NCBI GenBank assembly: GCA_028280505.1
Contig: JANQLO010000081.1
Span: 14,614-54,613, forward strand
Reading direction: 5' to 3'
DNA length: 40,000 nucleotides
Origin: Chromatiales bacterium
GTDB lineage: Bacteria; Pseudomonadota; Gammaproteobacteria; Chromatiales; Chromatiaceae
Of this stretch, positions 1-9,331 are shown in pieces. A program made the position numbers and the translations under genes. The number at the start of each line of letters is the position of its first letter. Position 1 is the stretch's first letter. The notes under the pieces are model-generated. The model made no database searches, was not told where the DNA came from, and saw only the letters and a list, made by a program, of their open reading frames with translations.

Positions 1-502
1 CCTGCCAGGGTGGCATACCGCCCGTGGCGGGAAACGCATTGAGCAGATGCGGCATGGCCGCACCGATCGTCAGTGCGCCGACCAAAAACCCGATCCAGTA
101 ACCGCGATCCGCCACGCTCCAGGTCGCGACCAGTTTCATGCCCGGTGGGTAGACGCCGGCGATACCGAAGCCGGTGAGAAAGCGCAGAACCAACGCGGTG
201 TCGTAAGAGGTGTTGCCGAAGGTGATCGCCAGGTTCGCGGCCGCGGCGAACAGGGTGCTGATCATGACCAAACGCGTGAGATCGAAGCGGTCGGCGAGGT
301 TGAGAAAGGCGCTGAACAGGGCGCCGGCAACAAAGCCGAGTTGCACGCTCATGGTCAGCCACGCGCGCTGGTCCCCATCCAGATTCCAGTGCAGCGAAAG
401 TTGAGGGACGACGGCGGATGCCGAGAACCATAAGGATTTGGCGAGCAGCACGCCTAGTGCGAGCACGACCAGATTGACGACCTTGCTGTCGGAGCGGTGC
501 AT
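1..502 (-). CDS. MFS-type transporter, N-terminal part (gene runs off the left edge)
   Basis: Absent from the ORF track because it is open at the edge. My reverse-complement translation from ATG (comp. 500-502) reads MHRSDSKVVNLVVLALGVLLAKSLWFSASAVVPQL...LADRFDLTRLVM...RFLTGFGIAGVYPPGMKLVATWS... with no stop down to position 1. It shows serial hydrophobic helices and MFS-like loop motifs. The + ORF 47-433 is its shadow. Confidence 0.7.
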   Translation of the reverse strand, partial: MHRSDSKVVNLVVLALGVLLAKSLWFSASAVVPQLSLHWNLDGDQRAWLTMSVQLGFVAGALFSAFLNLADRFDLTRLVMISTLFAAAANLAITFGNTSYDTALVLRFLTGFGIAGVYPPGMKLVATWSVADRGYWIGFLVGALTIGAAMPHLLNAFPATGGMPPWQ

Positions 503-583
503 CTTTATTTGGTTACTCGGTGGTCGACGGCTTTGATGGAAAAGCCATCGATACGGATAGGCGGTTTGCCGCTTCGTGACCGC

Positions 584-1183
584 TTATCGGATCGCTTTGA
601 TCCCGGCCCAGGTCATGTCCCAGAGTTCATCGGTGCTGTCGGGCAATGCGGTCGGGACCATGCCGTCGAGTCGCAGCGAGATCATTCGTAGCGCGGGGCC
701 GAACGCCAACGACGCGGCAAGCCAGGAATCCATCTGTCTGACCTCGCCATGCTGCATCCCGTTGATAACGATGTCGCGCATTTTCTCGAACGGCTTGGAC
801 GAACAAATGCCCGGTTCGTCGATCAGGAACTCGCGGTGACGTGCGTTGAGAATGAAACGGACCATGTCGGGTTCCGCCTCGGTCAATTCGAACAGTGCGC
901 GGATCATCGCACGCCCTTGCGCGTAGCTGCCCTGGTTCTTCGCAGTGACGTCGTCGACCAAGGCCTCCATTTGCGCGAGTAGATCGTCGTACAGTGCGCG
1001 GGCGATGGCCTCTTTGCCGGCGAAGTAGTTGTAGATCGAGCCCATGGCGACATCCGCCGAACGCTGGATGTCATGGATCGAGGTGTTGAAATACCCCTTG
1101 CTGCTGTAAAGGTGCAGGGCGGCGTCCAGGATCTGGGCACGCAACGGTGTTGCACGTTTCTTCTTGTTCGCTGAAACCGTCAT
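584..1183 (-). CDS. TetR/AcrR-family transcriptional regulator
   Basis: ORF 584-1222. N-terminal HTH signature: TPLRAQILDAALHLYSSKGYFNTSIHDIQRSADVAMGSIYNYFAGKEAI. The track start at 1222 is a TTG; the in-frame ATG at comp. 1181-1183 (MTVSANKKKR) is more plausible. Confidence 0.85.
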   Translation of the reverse strand: MTVSANKKKRATPLRAQILDAALHLYSSKGYFNTSIHDIQRSADVAMGSIYNYFAGKEAIARALYDDLLAQMEALVDDVTAKNQGSYAQGRAMIRALFELTEAEPDMVRFILNARHREFLIDEPGICSSKPFEKMRDIVINGMQHGEVRQMDSWLAASLAFGPALRMISLRLDGMVPTALPDSTDELWDMTWAGIKAIR

Positions 1184-1305
1184 ATGCTGGGGTCGAAAGC
1201 TAATTGATGCATTTTCGCCCAAGTGTCGGGCGATAGCCAGCGGTGGTCTGGCGATTGGGGAACGGAAGGTATTGATGCATTACCTTGCTCCTGATACTGG
1301 ATTCG

Positions 1306-2616
1306 CTAGTGCAGCTTGACCTCGGGATTGACCGAACGCCGTAATATGGACGACAGCGTCAGCAACAGGGTGTTGTAGACGCCATGCACGGTTACCTGGT
1401 GCATCTTGTGTAGCGACAGATAGACCAGACGCGCGATCATGCCGGAGATCCAGATGTTGCCGGTAATGCTGCCCATCAGGCTGCCGACCGTGCTGTAGCG
1501 ACCTAGCGTGACCAAAGAACCATAGTCACGGTATTTGTACCCGGCCGGCATGGGTTTGTCTTTTAGCCGTCGTTCGATCGCCCTGGCGACGAAACTGGCC
1601 TGTTGATGTGCGGCCTGTGCGCGTGGGGGTACAACGCGCCCCTCGTTATCCGGCGGAAAGGCCGCGCAGTCGCCGATCGCGAATATCCGGTCGTCCGATA
1701 GCGACACCAGATTGTGTTTTACGACGATCTGGTTGATTCCGTTGATCTCCAGACCGAGATTGCTCAACACCTCGGGTGCCTTGATGCCGGCCGCCCAAAC
1801 CGTGATCGCCGCCGGTATGAAATCGCCGGATGCGGTTGTCACGCCGCGCTCGCTCACTTCCGTCACGGCCTGTCCGGCGAGCACTTGGATACCCAGTTTG
1901 TCCAGCTCCTCGTGTACCGCCGCGGAAAGGCGCTCCGGCAGTGCAGGCAATATCCTCGGTCCGGCATCCAGTATCTTGATCCCGATATGATGATCGGGAT
2001 CGAGATCATCGAAGCCATAGGCACGCAGGCGCCGTGTCACCTGGTGCAATTGTGCCGCAAGTTCGACACCGGTCGCGCCGGCACCGACGATCGCGACGTC
2101 GAGTTGGCCGGGCGTCAGATTTTCATTGTGTGTGACCGCCTGGATCAGGCGCTCCATGAGCTTCTTCTGGAAGGTCACGGCCTCTTTCTTGCTGTCGAGA
2201 AACCAGCAGTGTTCCTTCACGCCCGGGATGCCGAAGTCGTGACTGATACTGCCGATGGCGAGTACCAGAGTGTCGTAGGGGAAGCTACGGCGGGGGATCA
2301 TTTCCTCGCCGTCGTCATTCAGGGTCGCCGACAGCCAGACTTGTTTGTTGACGCGGTCGAGCGACTCCAATTGACCCATGCGGAAACGAAAATGACCGCG
2401 CTGCGCCTGCGCGAGGTATTCGACCGTATGCAGGCCGGGGTCGAAGGAGCCGGCGGCGACCTGGTGGAGCAAGGGTTTCCAGATGTGGGTACGGCAGACG
2501 TCGATCAGCGTGATCTCGGCCTTGCCGCGTTTGCCGAGGCGGCGCCCGAGCCGGGTGGCGAGTTCCAAACCGCCGGCGCCACCACCGACGACAATGATCT
2601 TATGTGTTTCCGTCAA
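1306..2616 (-). CDS. ndh: Type II NADH dehydrogenase (NDH-2)
   Basis: 436 aa. Two dinucleotide-binding motifs (KIIVVGGGAGGLE and VAIVGAGATGVELA), a GDCA motif and a hydrophobic C-terminal tail, typical of NDH-2. Apparent TTG start 3 nt after the upstream stop. Confidence 0.88.
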   Translation of the reverse strand: MTETHKIIVVGGGAGGLELATRLGRRLGKRGKAEITLIDVCRTHIWKPLLHQVAAGSFDPGLHTVEYLAQAQRGHFRFRMGQLESLDRVNKQVWLSATLNDDGEEMIPRRSFPYDTLVLAIGSISHDFGIPGVKEHCWFLDSKKEAVTFQKKLMERLIQAVTHNENLTPGQLDVAIVGAGATGVELAAQLHQVTRRLRAYGFDDLDPDHHIGIKILDAGPRILPALPERLSAAVHEELDKLGIQVLAGQAVTEVSERGVTTASGDFIPAAITVWAAGIKAPEVLSNLGLEINGINQIVVKHNLVSLSDDRIFAIGDCAAFPPDNEGRVVPPRAQAAHQQASFVARAIERRLKDKPMPAGYKYRDYGSLVTLGRYSTVGSLMGSITGNIWISGMIARLVYLSLHKMHQVTVHGVYNTLLLTLSSILRRSVNPEVKLH

Positions 2617-2619
2617 CAG

Positions 2620-3132
2620 CTACCCACAGTCCTCGGACTTCGATTCGGAAAGATGACTCATGTAACGCTCGCGCGTGCGTTCCAAACGTGCCAGATAGAT
2701 ACCCAACTCGCTGCCGGGATTGTCGCGATCCCGGTTAAAGCGCTCGGCGAGTTGCTCGTCTTCCGTGTTCAGAAACAAGGTCATCGACGTGAGTATCATA
2801 CCCAGTCTGAAATCGAAATTGCGGAACTCGACCGAATCCGGATCCGGTGCCGGCATCTGTCGGCGCATGTCGTCCAAGCTTTCAGCATAGCTGAGCAGGC
2901 GGGCCTTTGCCGACGATGCGGTATCGGGTGCGTCCGCCATATGGCGTAACACTCCGGCCAGTTGCAGACGGGTTTCGTTATAGTCCTGCAATTCTTGCCG
3001 TAGGCCGGCTTTATTGCAGTGTCCGACATGTTTGTGCGACGGGTAGTCGGCGGGTACCGGCGGTATGCCGTTGGCCTGCACCGAGGCGGCACCGAACAGA
3101 CACCCGATGCCGAGCAGTATCGCGATTCGCAC
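2620..3132 (-). CDS. Secreted hypothetical protein
   Basis: 170 aa with a GTG start. Signal-peptide-like N-terminus MRIAILLGIGCLFGAASVQA. No family recognised. Packed 3-4 nt from both neighbours in the fds-ndh operon. Confidence 0.5.
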   Translation of the reverse strand: MRIAILLGIGCLFGAASVQANGIPPVPADYPSHKHVGHCNKAGLRQELQDYNETRLQLAGVLRHMADAPDTASSAKARLLSYAESLDDMRRQMPAPDPDSVEFRNFDFRLGMILTSMTLFLNTEDEQLAERFNRDRDNPGSELGIYLARLERTRERYMSHLSESKSEDCG

Positions 3133-3136
3133 CGGA

Positions 3137-3322
3137 TTACTCCGTCGATACCGTCAGCGCGCCGGAAGGGCAGGCCGCACAAACGTCACGGATCTGTTGT
3201 TCGCTCGCGCCTTGGGGATCGATTACGAACTCGCCGTTTTCCAGCTTGAACACCTGTGGCAGGCTGTTGACGCACACGCCGGCGTGTTGGCATACGGATT
3301 CATCCCAGTTGACTTTCAACAT
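3137..3322 (-). CDS. Small ferredoxin-like protein (divergent 4Fe-4S mono-cluster type)
   Basis: 61 aa. Cys pattern C-x5-C ... C-x2-C-P (CQHAGVC ... CAACPSG). GAGGAGAG Shine-Dalgarno upstream of the ATG. Immediately downstream of fdsA. Confidence 0.6.
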   Translation of the reverse strand: MLKVNWDESVCQHAGVCVNSLPQVFKLENGEFVIDPQGASEQQIRDVCAACPSGALTVSTE

Positions 3323-3345
3323 GTCTCTCTCCTCGTCGTGAATAA

Positions 3346-6090
3346 TCAGGCCGGTTCTACCCGGACCGCGCAGAATTTGAATTCCGGGATCTTGCCGTCA
3401 GGGTCGAGTGCCTCGTTGGTCAGCAGATTGGCGGCCGCCTCGTGATAACAGAACGGCAAGAACACCTGCCCCTTGCGCAGGCCGTTGTCGACCCGTGCGC
3501 GGGCGATGATGTCGCCTCGCCGTGAACGCACTCGAACGGGTTCACCCGGTGCCGCGCCGATGGCGCGGAGCTGGTCCTCGTGCAGTGTTGCCACCGGCGA
3601 CGGCTCTATGGCGTCGAGTACACTCGCGCGCCGCGTCATGCTGCCGGTGTGCCAGTGTTCGAGTTGACGGCCGGTGATCAGGATCAGCGGGTACTCGTCG
3701 TTCGGCAGTTCGTCGGCTTCGCTGAACGTTACCGGTACCAAGAGGGCCTTGCCGTCGGCGCGCGGAAACGCTTCGATGAAGATGACCTCGTCGCCCGGGT
3801 CGCCTTCGTTCTCGCAGGGGTAGGTCACCGCGCTGTCATGTTCCAGGCGCTCCCAGGTGATGCCGGCGATACTGGGCATGGCTTGGCGCATTTCGTCGAA
3901 TACGATGCGTGGTTCGGGATAGTGCCACTCGAGCCCGAGACGACGCGCCATATCGATGATGATATCGAGATCTTGTCGGGCCTCGCCCGGTGGTGTGAGT
4001 GCCTGGCGGCCGAGCTGCACCCGGCGATCGGTATTCGTGAAGGTGCCGGTTTTTTCTGGAAAGGCCGAGGCTGGCAGTATCACGTCGGCGTAGTGTGCGG
4101 TCTCGGTCATGAAGATGTCCTGCACCACCAAATGATCGAGCTTGGCCAACGCGGCGCGCGCATGTTGCAGATTCGGGTCGGACATTGCCGGGTTCTCGCC
4201 CATGATGTACATGCCGTGGATTCGATCGTCGTGGACGGCATGCATGATCTCGACTACGGTTAAACCCGGTTGTGGGTCGAGTGTCTGTCCCCACAGCACT
4301 TCGAACTTTTCGCGAACCTCATCGTTATCGACCCGTTGATAGTCGGGAAAGACCATTGGGATCAAGCCGACATCGGATGCGCCCTGTACGTTGTTCTGGC
4401 CCCGTAGCGGATGCAGACCGGTGCCTGGGCGACCGATCTGCCCGGTGATGAGTGCCAGGTTGATCAGGCAACGAGCATTGTCGGTGCCGTGTATGTGCTG
4501 CGATATGCCCATGCCCCAGAAGATCATCGAGCCCTTCGACGATGCGAACGTGCGTGCGACCTCGTGCAGTGTTTCGGCCGATATGCCACAGATGGCTTCC
4601 ATCGCCTCGGGGGCATAGTCGACCAGATGCGTCTTCAAGGCCGCATAGCCATCGGTACGTTGATCGATGAAGGCTTGATCGACCAGGCCTTGTTCGATGA
4701 CCGAATACATGATCGCGTTCAGCATGGCGACATCGGTGTCGGGCTTGAACTGCAGCACGTAATCCGCGTGGCGCGCGATGTCGGTGAGCCGCGGGTCCAT
4801 GACGATCAAGGTCTTGCCGGCGCGCGCGGCGTTCTTGAAAAAGGTCGCTGCGACCGGATGGTTCTCGGTCGGGTTCGAACCGATGACCACGATGACCTCG
4901 GCCTGGTCGACATCGGCCACCGGGTTGGACACGGCGCCGGAACCGATCATCTGCAACAGCGCGGCGACCGACGAGGCATGACACAGGCGGGTGCAGTGAT
5001 CGACGTTGTTGCTGCCGAATCCGGTGCGCACCAGTTTCTGAAACAAATAGGCCTCTTCGTTCGAGCCCTTGGCCGAACCGAAGCCCGCGAGTGTGCTCGG
5101 GCCTCGTTCGGCGCGGATACGATTCAGCCCGTCGGCGGCACGCGACATGGCCTCTTCCCAGCTGGCCTCGCGGAAGTCGCGCAGTGCATTGTCGCGGTCG
5201 AGATCGAGTTCGGCCCGCTTGGGCGCGTCGTCACGCCGGATCAACGGCTGCAGCAGGCGTTGACGATGACGCACATAGTCGAAGCCATAACGGCCTTTGA
5301 CGCACAGACGGTTGTGATTGGCCGGTCCGTCGCGCCCTTCGACCCAAAGAATCCTGTTGTTACTGACGTGGTAGGTGAGCTGGCAGCCGACACCACAGTA
5401 GGGACAGACCGAATCGATCCGTTTTTCGGCCTCAATCTTCGCGGCATCGCGTGCCGGCATCAATGCCCCGGTCGGGCAGGCCTGCACGCATTCGCCGCAG
5501 GCCACGCAGCTGGATTCACCCATGGGATCGTCGAGATCGAACACGATACGCGCCTTGGCGCCGCGTCCGGCAAATCCGATCACATCGTTCGCCTGGGTCT
5601 CGCGACAGGCACGTAGGCAGCGGGTGCATTGGATGCAGGCGTCCAGGTTCACCGCGATCGCCGGGTGGGATAGATCGGGCCCGGGTTGTCCGCTGGCGGG
5701 AAAACGCGGTGCGCCGACGGCGAGCTTGTCGCTCCAGGCATCGAGTTCGCTGTTCGGCGTATAGTCGGTATCGGCCGCCGTATCGGCGCGTAACAGTTCC
5801 AGCACCAGTCTCTGCGCGTGCCGCGCTCGCTCGTTTTGTGCACTGACCTTCATACCGTCGCCGGGATAGCGGCAGCACGAGGGTGCAAGTACACGCTCGC
5901 CGTCGATTTCGACCATGCAGGCGCGGCAGTTGCCGTCGGCGCGCAGGCCCTCGGTATAGCACAGGTGCGGGATCTCGACGCCATGACGTTGCGCGGCCTG
6001 TAGGATGGTCTCGCCCGGCAGGGCGGCGATTTTGCGGCCGTCGAGTTCGAACGCTATCGGTTGCGGTAGATCTTGCGGTCGTGCAGCCAT
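3346..6090 (-). CDS. fdsA: NAD-dependent formate dehydrogenase, alpha (molybdopterin) subunit
   Basis: 914 aa. N-terminal 2Fe-2S ferredoxin fold (CYTEGLRADGNCRACMVE), 4Fe-4S motifs (CIQCTRCLRAC, CVACGECVQACP, CPYCGVGC), a MopB formate dehydrogenase core with Cys ligand context (VDHCTRLCHASS), and a C-terminal MopB barrel. Uninterrupted ORF, so Cys-type rather than Sec-type. Confidence 0.92.
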   Translation of the reverse strand: MAARPQDLPQPIAFELDGRKIAALPGETILQAAQRHGVEIPHLCYTEGLRADGNCRACMVEIDGERVLAPSCCRYPGDGMKVSAQNERARHAQRLVLELLRADTAADTDYTPNSELDAWSDKLAVGAPRFPASGQPGPDLSHPAIAVNLDACIQCTRCLRACRETQANDVIGFAGRGAKARIVFDLDDPMGESSCVACGECVQACPTGALMPARDAAKIEAEKRIDSVCPYCGVGCQLTYHVSNNRILWVEGRDGPANHNRLCVKGRYGFDYVRHRQRLLQPLIRRDDAPKRAELDLDRDNALRDFREASWEEAMSRAADGLNRIRAERGPSTLAGFGSAKGSNEEAYLFQKLVRTGFGSNNVDHCTRLCHASSVAALLQMIGSGAVSNPVADVDQAEVIVVIGSNPTENHPVAATFFKNAARAGKTLIVMDPRLTDIARHADYVLQFKPDTDVAMLNAIMYSVIEQGLVDQAFIDQRTDGYAALKTHLVDYAPEAMEAICGISAETLHEVARTFASSKGSMIFWGMGISQHIHGTDNARCLINLALITGQIGRPGTGLHPLRGQNNVQGASDVGLIPMVFPDYQRVDNDEVREKFEVLWGQTLDPQPGLTVVEIMHAVHDDRIHGMYIMGENPAMSDPNLQHARAALAKLDHLVVQDIFMTETAHYADVILPASAFPEKTGTFTNTDRRVQLGRQALTPPGEARQDLDIIIDMARRLGLEWHYPEPRIVFDEMRQAMPSIAGITWERLEHDSAVTYPCENEGDPGDEVIFIEAFPRADGKALLVPVTFSEADELPNDEYPLILITGRQLEHWHTGSMTRRASVLDAIEPSPVATLHEDQLRAIGAAPGEPVRVRSRRGDIIARARVDNGLRKGQVFLPFCYHEAAANLLTNEALDPDGKIPEFKFCAVRVEPA

Positions 6091-6093
6091 GGC

Positions 6094-7764
6094 TCAGAAC
6101 TCCTCCGGGAAGTATTTCATGGCGCAGCGCAAAGGGTTGGGCGCGGCCTGGCCCAGGCCGCAGATCGACGCGTCCTCCATGACCTGGCAGAGTTCTTCGA
6201 GCAGTGGCTTGTCCCATGCGTCGTGTGCCATCAGTGTCGCCGCCTTTTCGGTGCCGACCCGGCAGGGCGTGCATTGGCCGCAGGATTCGTGCGCGAAGAA
6301 ACGCATGGCGTTCAGTGCGACGTCACGCACATTGTCACGATCGGACAATACGATCACCGCGGCCGAGCCGATGAAACAGCCGTGGTCGTTCAGGGTATCG
6401 AAGTCGAGCGGCAGATCGGCCAGCGATGCCGGCAGAATGCCGCCCGAGGCACCGCCCGGTAAGTAACCCTTGAGCGTGTGACCGTCGAGTATGCCGCCGC
6501 AGTATTCGTCGATGAGTTCACGCAGGCTGATGCCGGCCGGTGCGATATGCACGCCGGGTTGCTTGACCCGGCCGCTCACCGAGAAGCTGCGCAGCCCCTG
6601 GCGCCCGTTACGTCCGTGCGACAGAAACCAGTCGGCGCCCTTGTCGAGAATCTCGGGTACCCAGTAAAGGGTTTCCATATTGTGTTCGAGTGTCGGTTGG
6701 CCGAACAAACCGCGTTCGGCGATATAAGGCGGTCGCAGGCGGGGCATGCCGCGTTTGCCCTCGATGGATTCGATCATCGCCGACTCTTCGCCGCAGATGT
6801 ACGCGCCGGCGCCGCGTCGCAGTTCGATCGGCGGCAATGCGCAGGGCGGGTTCTGCCGCAGCTTGTCGAGTTCTTCGGTGAGCAGCTCGCGGACGCCGGC
6901 GTACTCGTCACGCAAGTAGATGTAGATGGCGTCGATCCCGACCACGTGTGCCGCGATCAACATGCCCTCGAAAAAGCGGTGCGGATGGCGTTCGAGGAAA
7001 TAACGGTCCTTGAAGGTGCCGGGCTCGCCCTCGTCGATGTTCACCGCCATCAGGCGCGGCCCGGGATAGCCGTGGACGATGCGCCATTTGCGACCGGCCG
7101 GGAAACCGGCGCCGCCGAGTCCGCGCAGGCGGGCGTCTTCGAGTGTCTGGATGACCTCTTCGCGGATCTTGTCTTGATCCTGCGAGAGCAGTTTCCGCAG
7201 CAATTGATATCCGCCGTCGTTGCAATAAGCGTCGAGTCGTTTGGCGTTGCTTGGTGCGTGTGCTTTTCGATCGTCATGCTCGATCGCGTCGCATAGCTTG
7301 CTTGTATTCGCTTTGCCGAGCGCTTGGGTGCCGACGACGCCGACCGGCGCTTGATCACAGCGACCGACACAGGGCACACGCTGAATTCTCACGCCTTCGC
7401 CAAGGGCGTGCTGTAACTCGGCGATCAGGGTTTCCGCGCCGGCCATGGCGCAACTGATGGAGTCGCATACCCGAACAGTCAGGGCGGGTGGCGGGGTTTC
7501 GTCTTCCTTGACGACGTCGAAGTGATGATAAAAGCTGGCAACCTCGTAGACCTCGGTCGGCGCGAGGCGTAGCTCGTGCGCCAGCGCGACCAGCAGATGA
7601 GCGGGCAGATGGCCGAGCGCATCCTGGATGCGATGCAGATATTCGATCAGATGATCACGGCGTGGCTGCTCGTCGAGGTATCGATGCACCTCCTCTAGAT
7701 CGGCATTGAGTGCCGTTCGTCCTTTCTTTTGACCGTTTTTTCGTTTGCGGGCTGTCGCGCTCAA
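6094..7764 (-). CDS. fdsB: NAD-dependent formate dehydrogenase diaphorase subunit: fused NuoE/FdsG-like and NuoF/FdsB-like domains
   Basis: 556 aa. N-terminal thioredoxin-like 2Fe-2S domain (VCDSISCAMAG ... VPCVGRCDQAP), then a NuoF-type NADH/FMN domain (GLGGAGFPAGRKW, ICGEESAMIESIEG) and a 4Fe-4S motif (ESCGQCTPCRVG). Apparent TTG start. Confidence 0.88.
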   Translation of the reverse strand: MSATARKRKNGQKKGRTALNADLEEVHRYLDEQPRRDHLIEYLHRIQDALGHLPAHLLVALAHELRLAPTEVYEVASFYHHFDVVKEDETPPPALTVRVCDSISCAMAGAETLIAELQHALGEGVRIQRVPCVGRCDQAPVGVVGTQALGKANTSKLCDAIEHDDRKAHAPSNAKRLDAYCNDGGYQLLRKLLSQDQDKIREEVIQTLEDARLRGLGGAGFPAGRKWRIVHGYPGPRLMAVNIDEGEPGTFKDRYFLERHPHRFFEGMLIAAHVVGIDAIYIYLRDEYAGVRELLTEELDKLRQNPPCALPPIELRRGAGAYICGEESAMIESIEGKRGMPRLRPPYIAERGLFGQPTLEHNMETLYWVPEILDKGADWFLSHGRNGRQGLRSFSVSGRVKQPGVHIAPAGISLRELIDEYCGGILDGHTLKGYLPGGASGGILPASLADLPLDFDTLNDHGCFIGSAAVIVLSDRDNVRDVALNAMRFFAHESCGQCTPCRVGTEKAATLMAHDAWDKPLLEELCQVMEDASICGLGQAAPNPLRCAMKYFPEEF

Positions 7765-7818
7765 AGGGAAAAACTCCAGTATCTTGGCATCTCGCTTCGT
7801 TGGTATCCGACAATGGGA

Positions 7819-8409
7819 TTATGGACGCCCGGTCTGTCGGGCGGGTATCTTGGCCTTTTGTTCGGCGCGTACCAGTGCCATGCGCAGACTGTCGGCAAGG
7901 GCGTTCGGCGGCAGACCGTGTGGCAGAATCCGCAGCAGCTCGCCCTGGGTGTCGATCAGATACAGGCTGGCGCTGTGATCCATCGTGTAGCGTTCGATCT
8001 CGCCTTTACCGACGAACTGATAGCGCACCCGATAGCGTTCCGCAACGTCGTGCAGTTGCTCCGGCGCGCCGGTCAGTCCGCGTAGGCGAGAATGAAAGAA
8101 GCGCGTGTAGACGCGCAGATGTTCGGGGGTGTCGCGGTCCGGATCGAGCGACACGAACAGCGCATCGACCTTTTCCGCATCTTCGCCAAGGCTGTTGAGG
8201 GCATTACCAATGACCGCCAATGCTGTGGGGCAGACGTCAGGGCAATAGGTGTAGCCAAACGATAACACCACGAGTTGGCCGCGCGAATCGGCGAGGGAGT
8301 AACTCGAACCATCGTCTGCCGTAAGGGTGAAGTCGCCGCCCAGCCCGAATGCTCCGCCGCTTATCGCTGAAACCAACAATGTCATGCCGATTAACTGCCG
8401 ATACTTCAT
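7819..8409 (-). CDS. SCO1/SenC copper chaperone (thioredoxin fold)
   Basis: ORF 7819-8781 trimmed to the internal ATG (comp. 8407-8409, MKYRQLIGMTLLVSAISGGAFG signal/anchor) preceded by GGAGA. Canonical motif FGYTYCPDVCP plus a downstream His (MDHSASLYLID). Confidence 0.85.
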   Translation of the reverse strand: MKYRQLIGMTLLVSAISGGAFGLGGDFTLTADDGSSYSLADSRGQLVVLSFGYTYCPDVCPTALAVIGNALNSLGEDAEKVDALFVSLDPDRDTPEHLRVYTRFFHSRLRGLTGAPEQLHDVAERYRVRYQFVGKGEIERYTMDHSASLYLIDTQGELLRILPHGLPPNALADSLRMALVRAEQKAKIPARQTGRP

Positions 8410-8860
8410 ACCTGATCTCCCATGCTCGGATCGGTGTTGGGTCCGAAACAGCCTGGTGAGTTGATGCAGCTTTGATGCCAGGACCTTTTCCGATGCAGCG
8501 ATGGGGAGGTCATCGCGTTGGGTGTGACACCTGTAACGCAAAACACTGGGCAGTTGTAACTGCGACGACACACCTTTATGGCGAGGTTTTTTACGACAGG
8601 TGGATGGTGATGGCGTCGGGTAGTCCACACGGTTGGTATCGACATTGCATGAATTCTGAAGCTGCTGTGCGAGCGGGTGCGTTGATAGCGTTAGGTTGTT
8701 ATGGTTTACGGTCAATGCCGAGCACAGAGTCTTGCAAGCTAGCCAGGCCGTTTTGGGCTTAGGCTTGAGTCCTTTGGTCAAAGCTTGTCGTCACACAATG
8801 GGGCAGGACCCGATGCATCGATACATGACAGCGCTGCGACAGCGAAGAGTGGACGTTTAG

Positions 8861-9265
8861 ATGCGCTCCTCGCTCATGTATTTCAGTTCTCGCCGACGTG
8901 TGTGGATTCACCTGGCGCTCATCTTCGCGTTGCTTATGCAGGGCGCGATTCCTTTGCAATCGCATACCGTTTTCGCAAAGAACGGTTTCGGCCATCTCGT
9001 TGTCATATGTACCTGGAACGGTGCGCGTGTTGAATGGATCGATCTTCCCGGCTCAGATGATGCATCGTCCGTTGAACGATTGTCACCCGCGTGTCTTTTC
9101 TCGCAGCTTCTGGCATCTGCCGGATTATCCGTTGCACCAATCTCTCCCGCGGCCTTGTTTGTGCCGTTCGGTGCGCTCGACGAGTATCGGGTTGCATATT
9201 TTGCCGTTGCCTCACTCGAGGCCTACCTGATACGCGCGCCTCCTGACAGTATCGACCGTGTCTGA
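8861..9265 (+). CDS. DUF2946-like small secreted/membrane protein (copper-uptake associated family)
   Basis: 134 aa. N-terminal hydrophobic segment WIHLALIFALLMQGAIPL, two spaced Cys contexts (VVICTWNG, SPACLFS) and a C-terminal RAPP motif, as I recall for DUF2946. Sits directly upstream of a PCuAC gene, the usual partner. Family assignment is from memory only. Confidence 0.5.
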   Translation: MRSSLMYFSSRRRVWIHLALIFALLMQGAIPLQSHTVFAKNGFGHLVVICTWNGARVEWIDLPGSDDASSVERLSPACLFSQLLASAGLSVAPISPAALFVPFGALDEYRVAYFAVASLEAYLIRAPPDSIDRV

Positions 9266-9331
9266 TTAATACATGGATCGCACAGCGTCTGTTTCGTGCG
9301 CTGTGCAGACAAATCTGTTTGGAGAGTTTCA

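Noticed and set aside
1714-2949. 411-aa plus-strand ORF across ndh and the secreted-protein gene
   Set aside because: It is antisense to a textbook NDH-2 sequence. It has no motifs and spans two real genes.
4411-5616. 401-aa plus-strand ORF (and several 60-250-aa ORFs on both strands) within fdsA/fdsB
   Set aside because: The formate dehydrogenase frames are unambiguous. These are GC-driven open frames without recognisable domains.
3346-6090. Selenocysteine (in-frame TGA plus SECIS) in the formate dehydrogenase alpha subunit
   Set aside because: The ORF is uninterrupted, and the catalytic position reads Cys (HCTRLCH), so this is a Cys-type enzyme.
8410-8860. ORFs 8472-8762 (+) and 8406-8645 (-) in the 450-bp divergent spacer between SCO1 and the DUF2946-like gene
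   Set aside because: There is no Shine-Dalgarno site or domain signal, and the composition is odd. The region is more likely a regulatory spacer. I noticed a TGTAAC...TGTAAC direct repeat and GGTGTG...CACACC arms around 8520-8575 but could not build a convincing case for a specific element.
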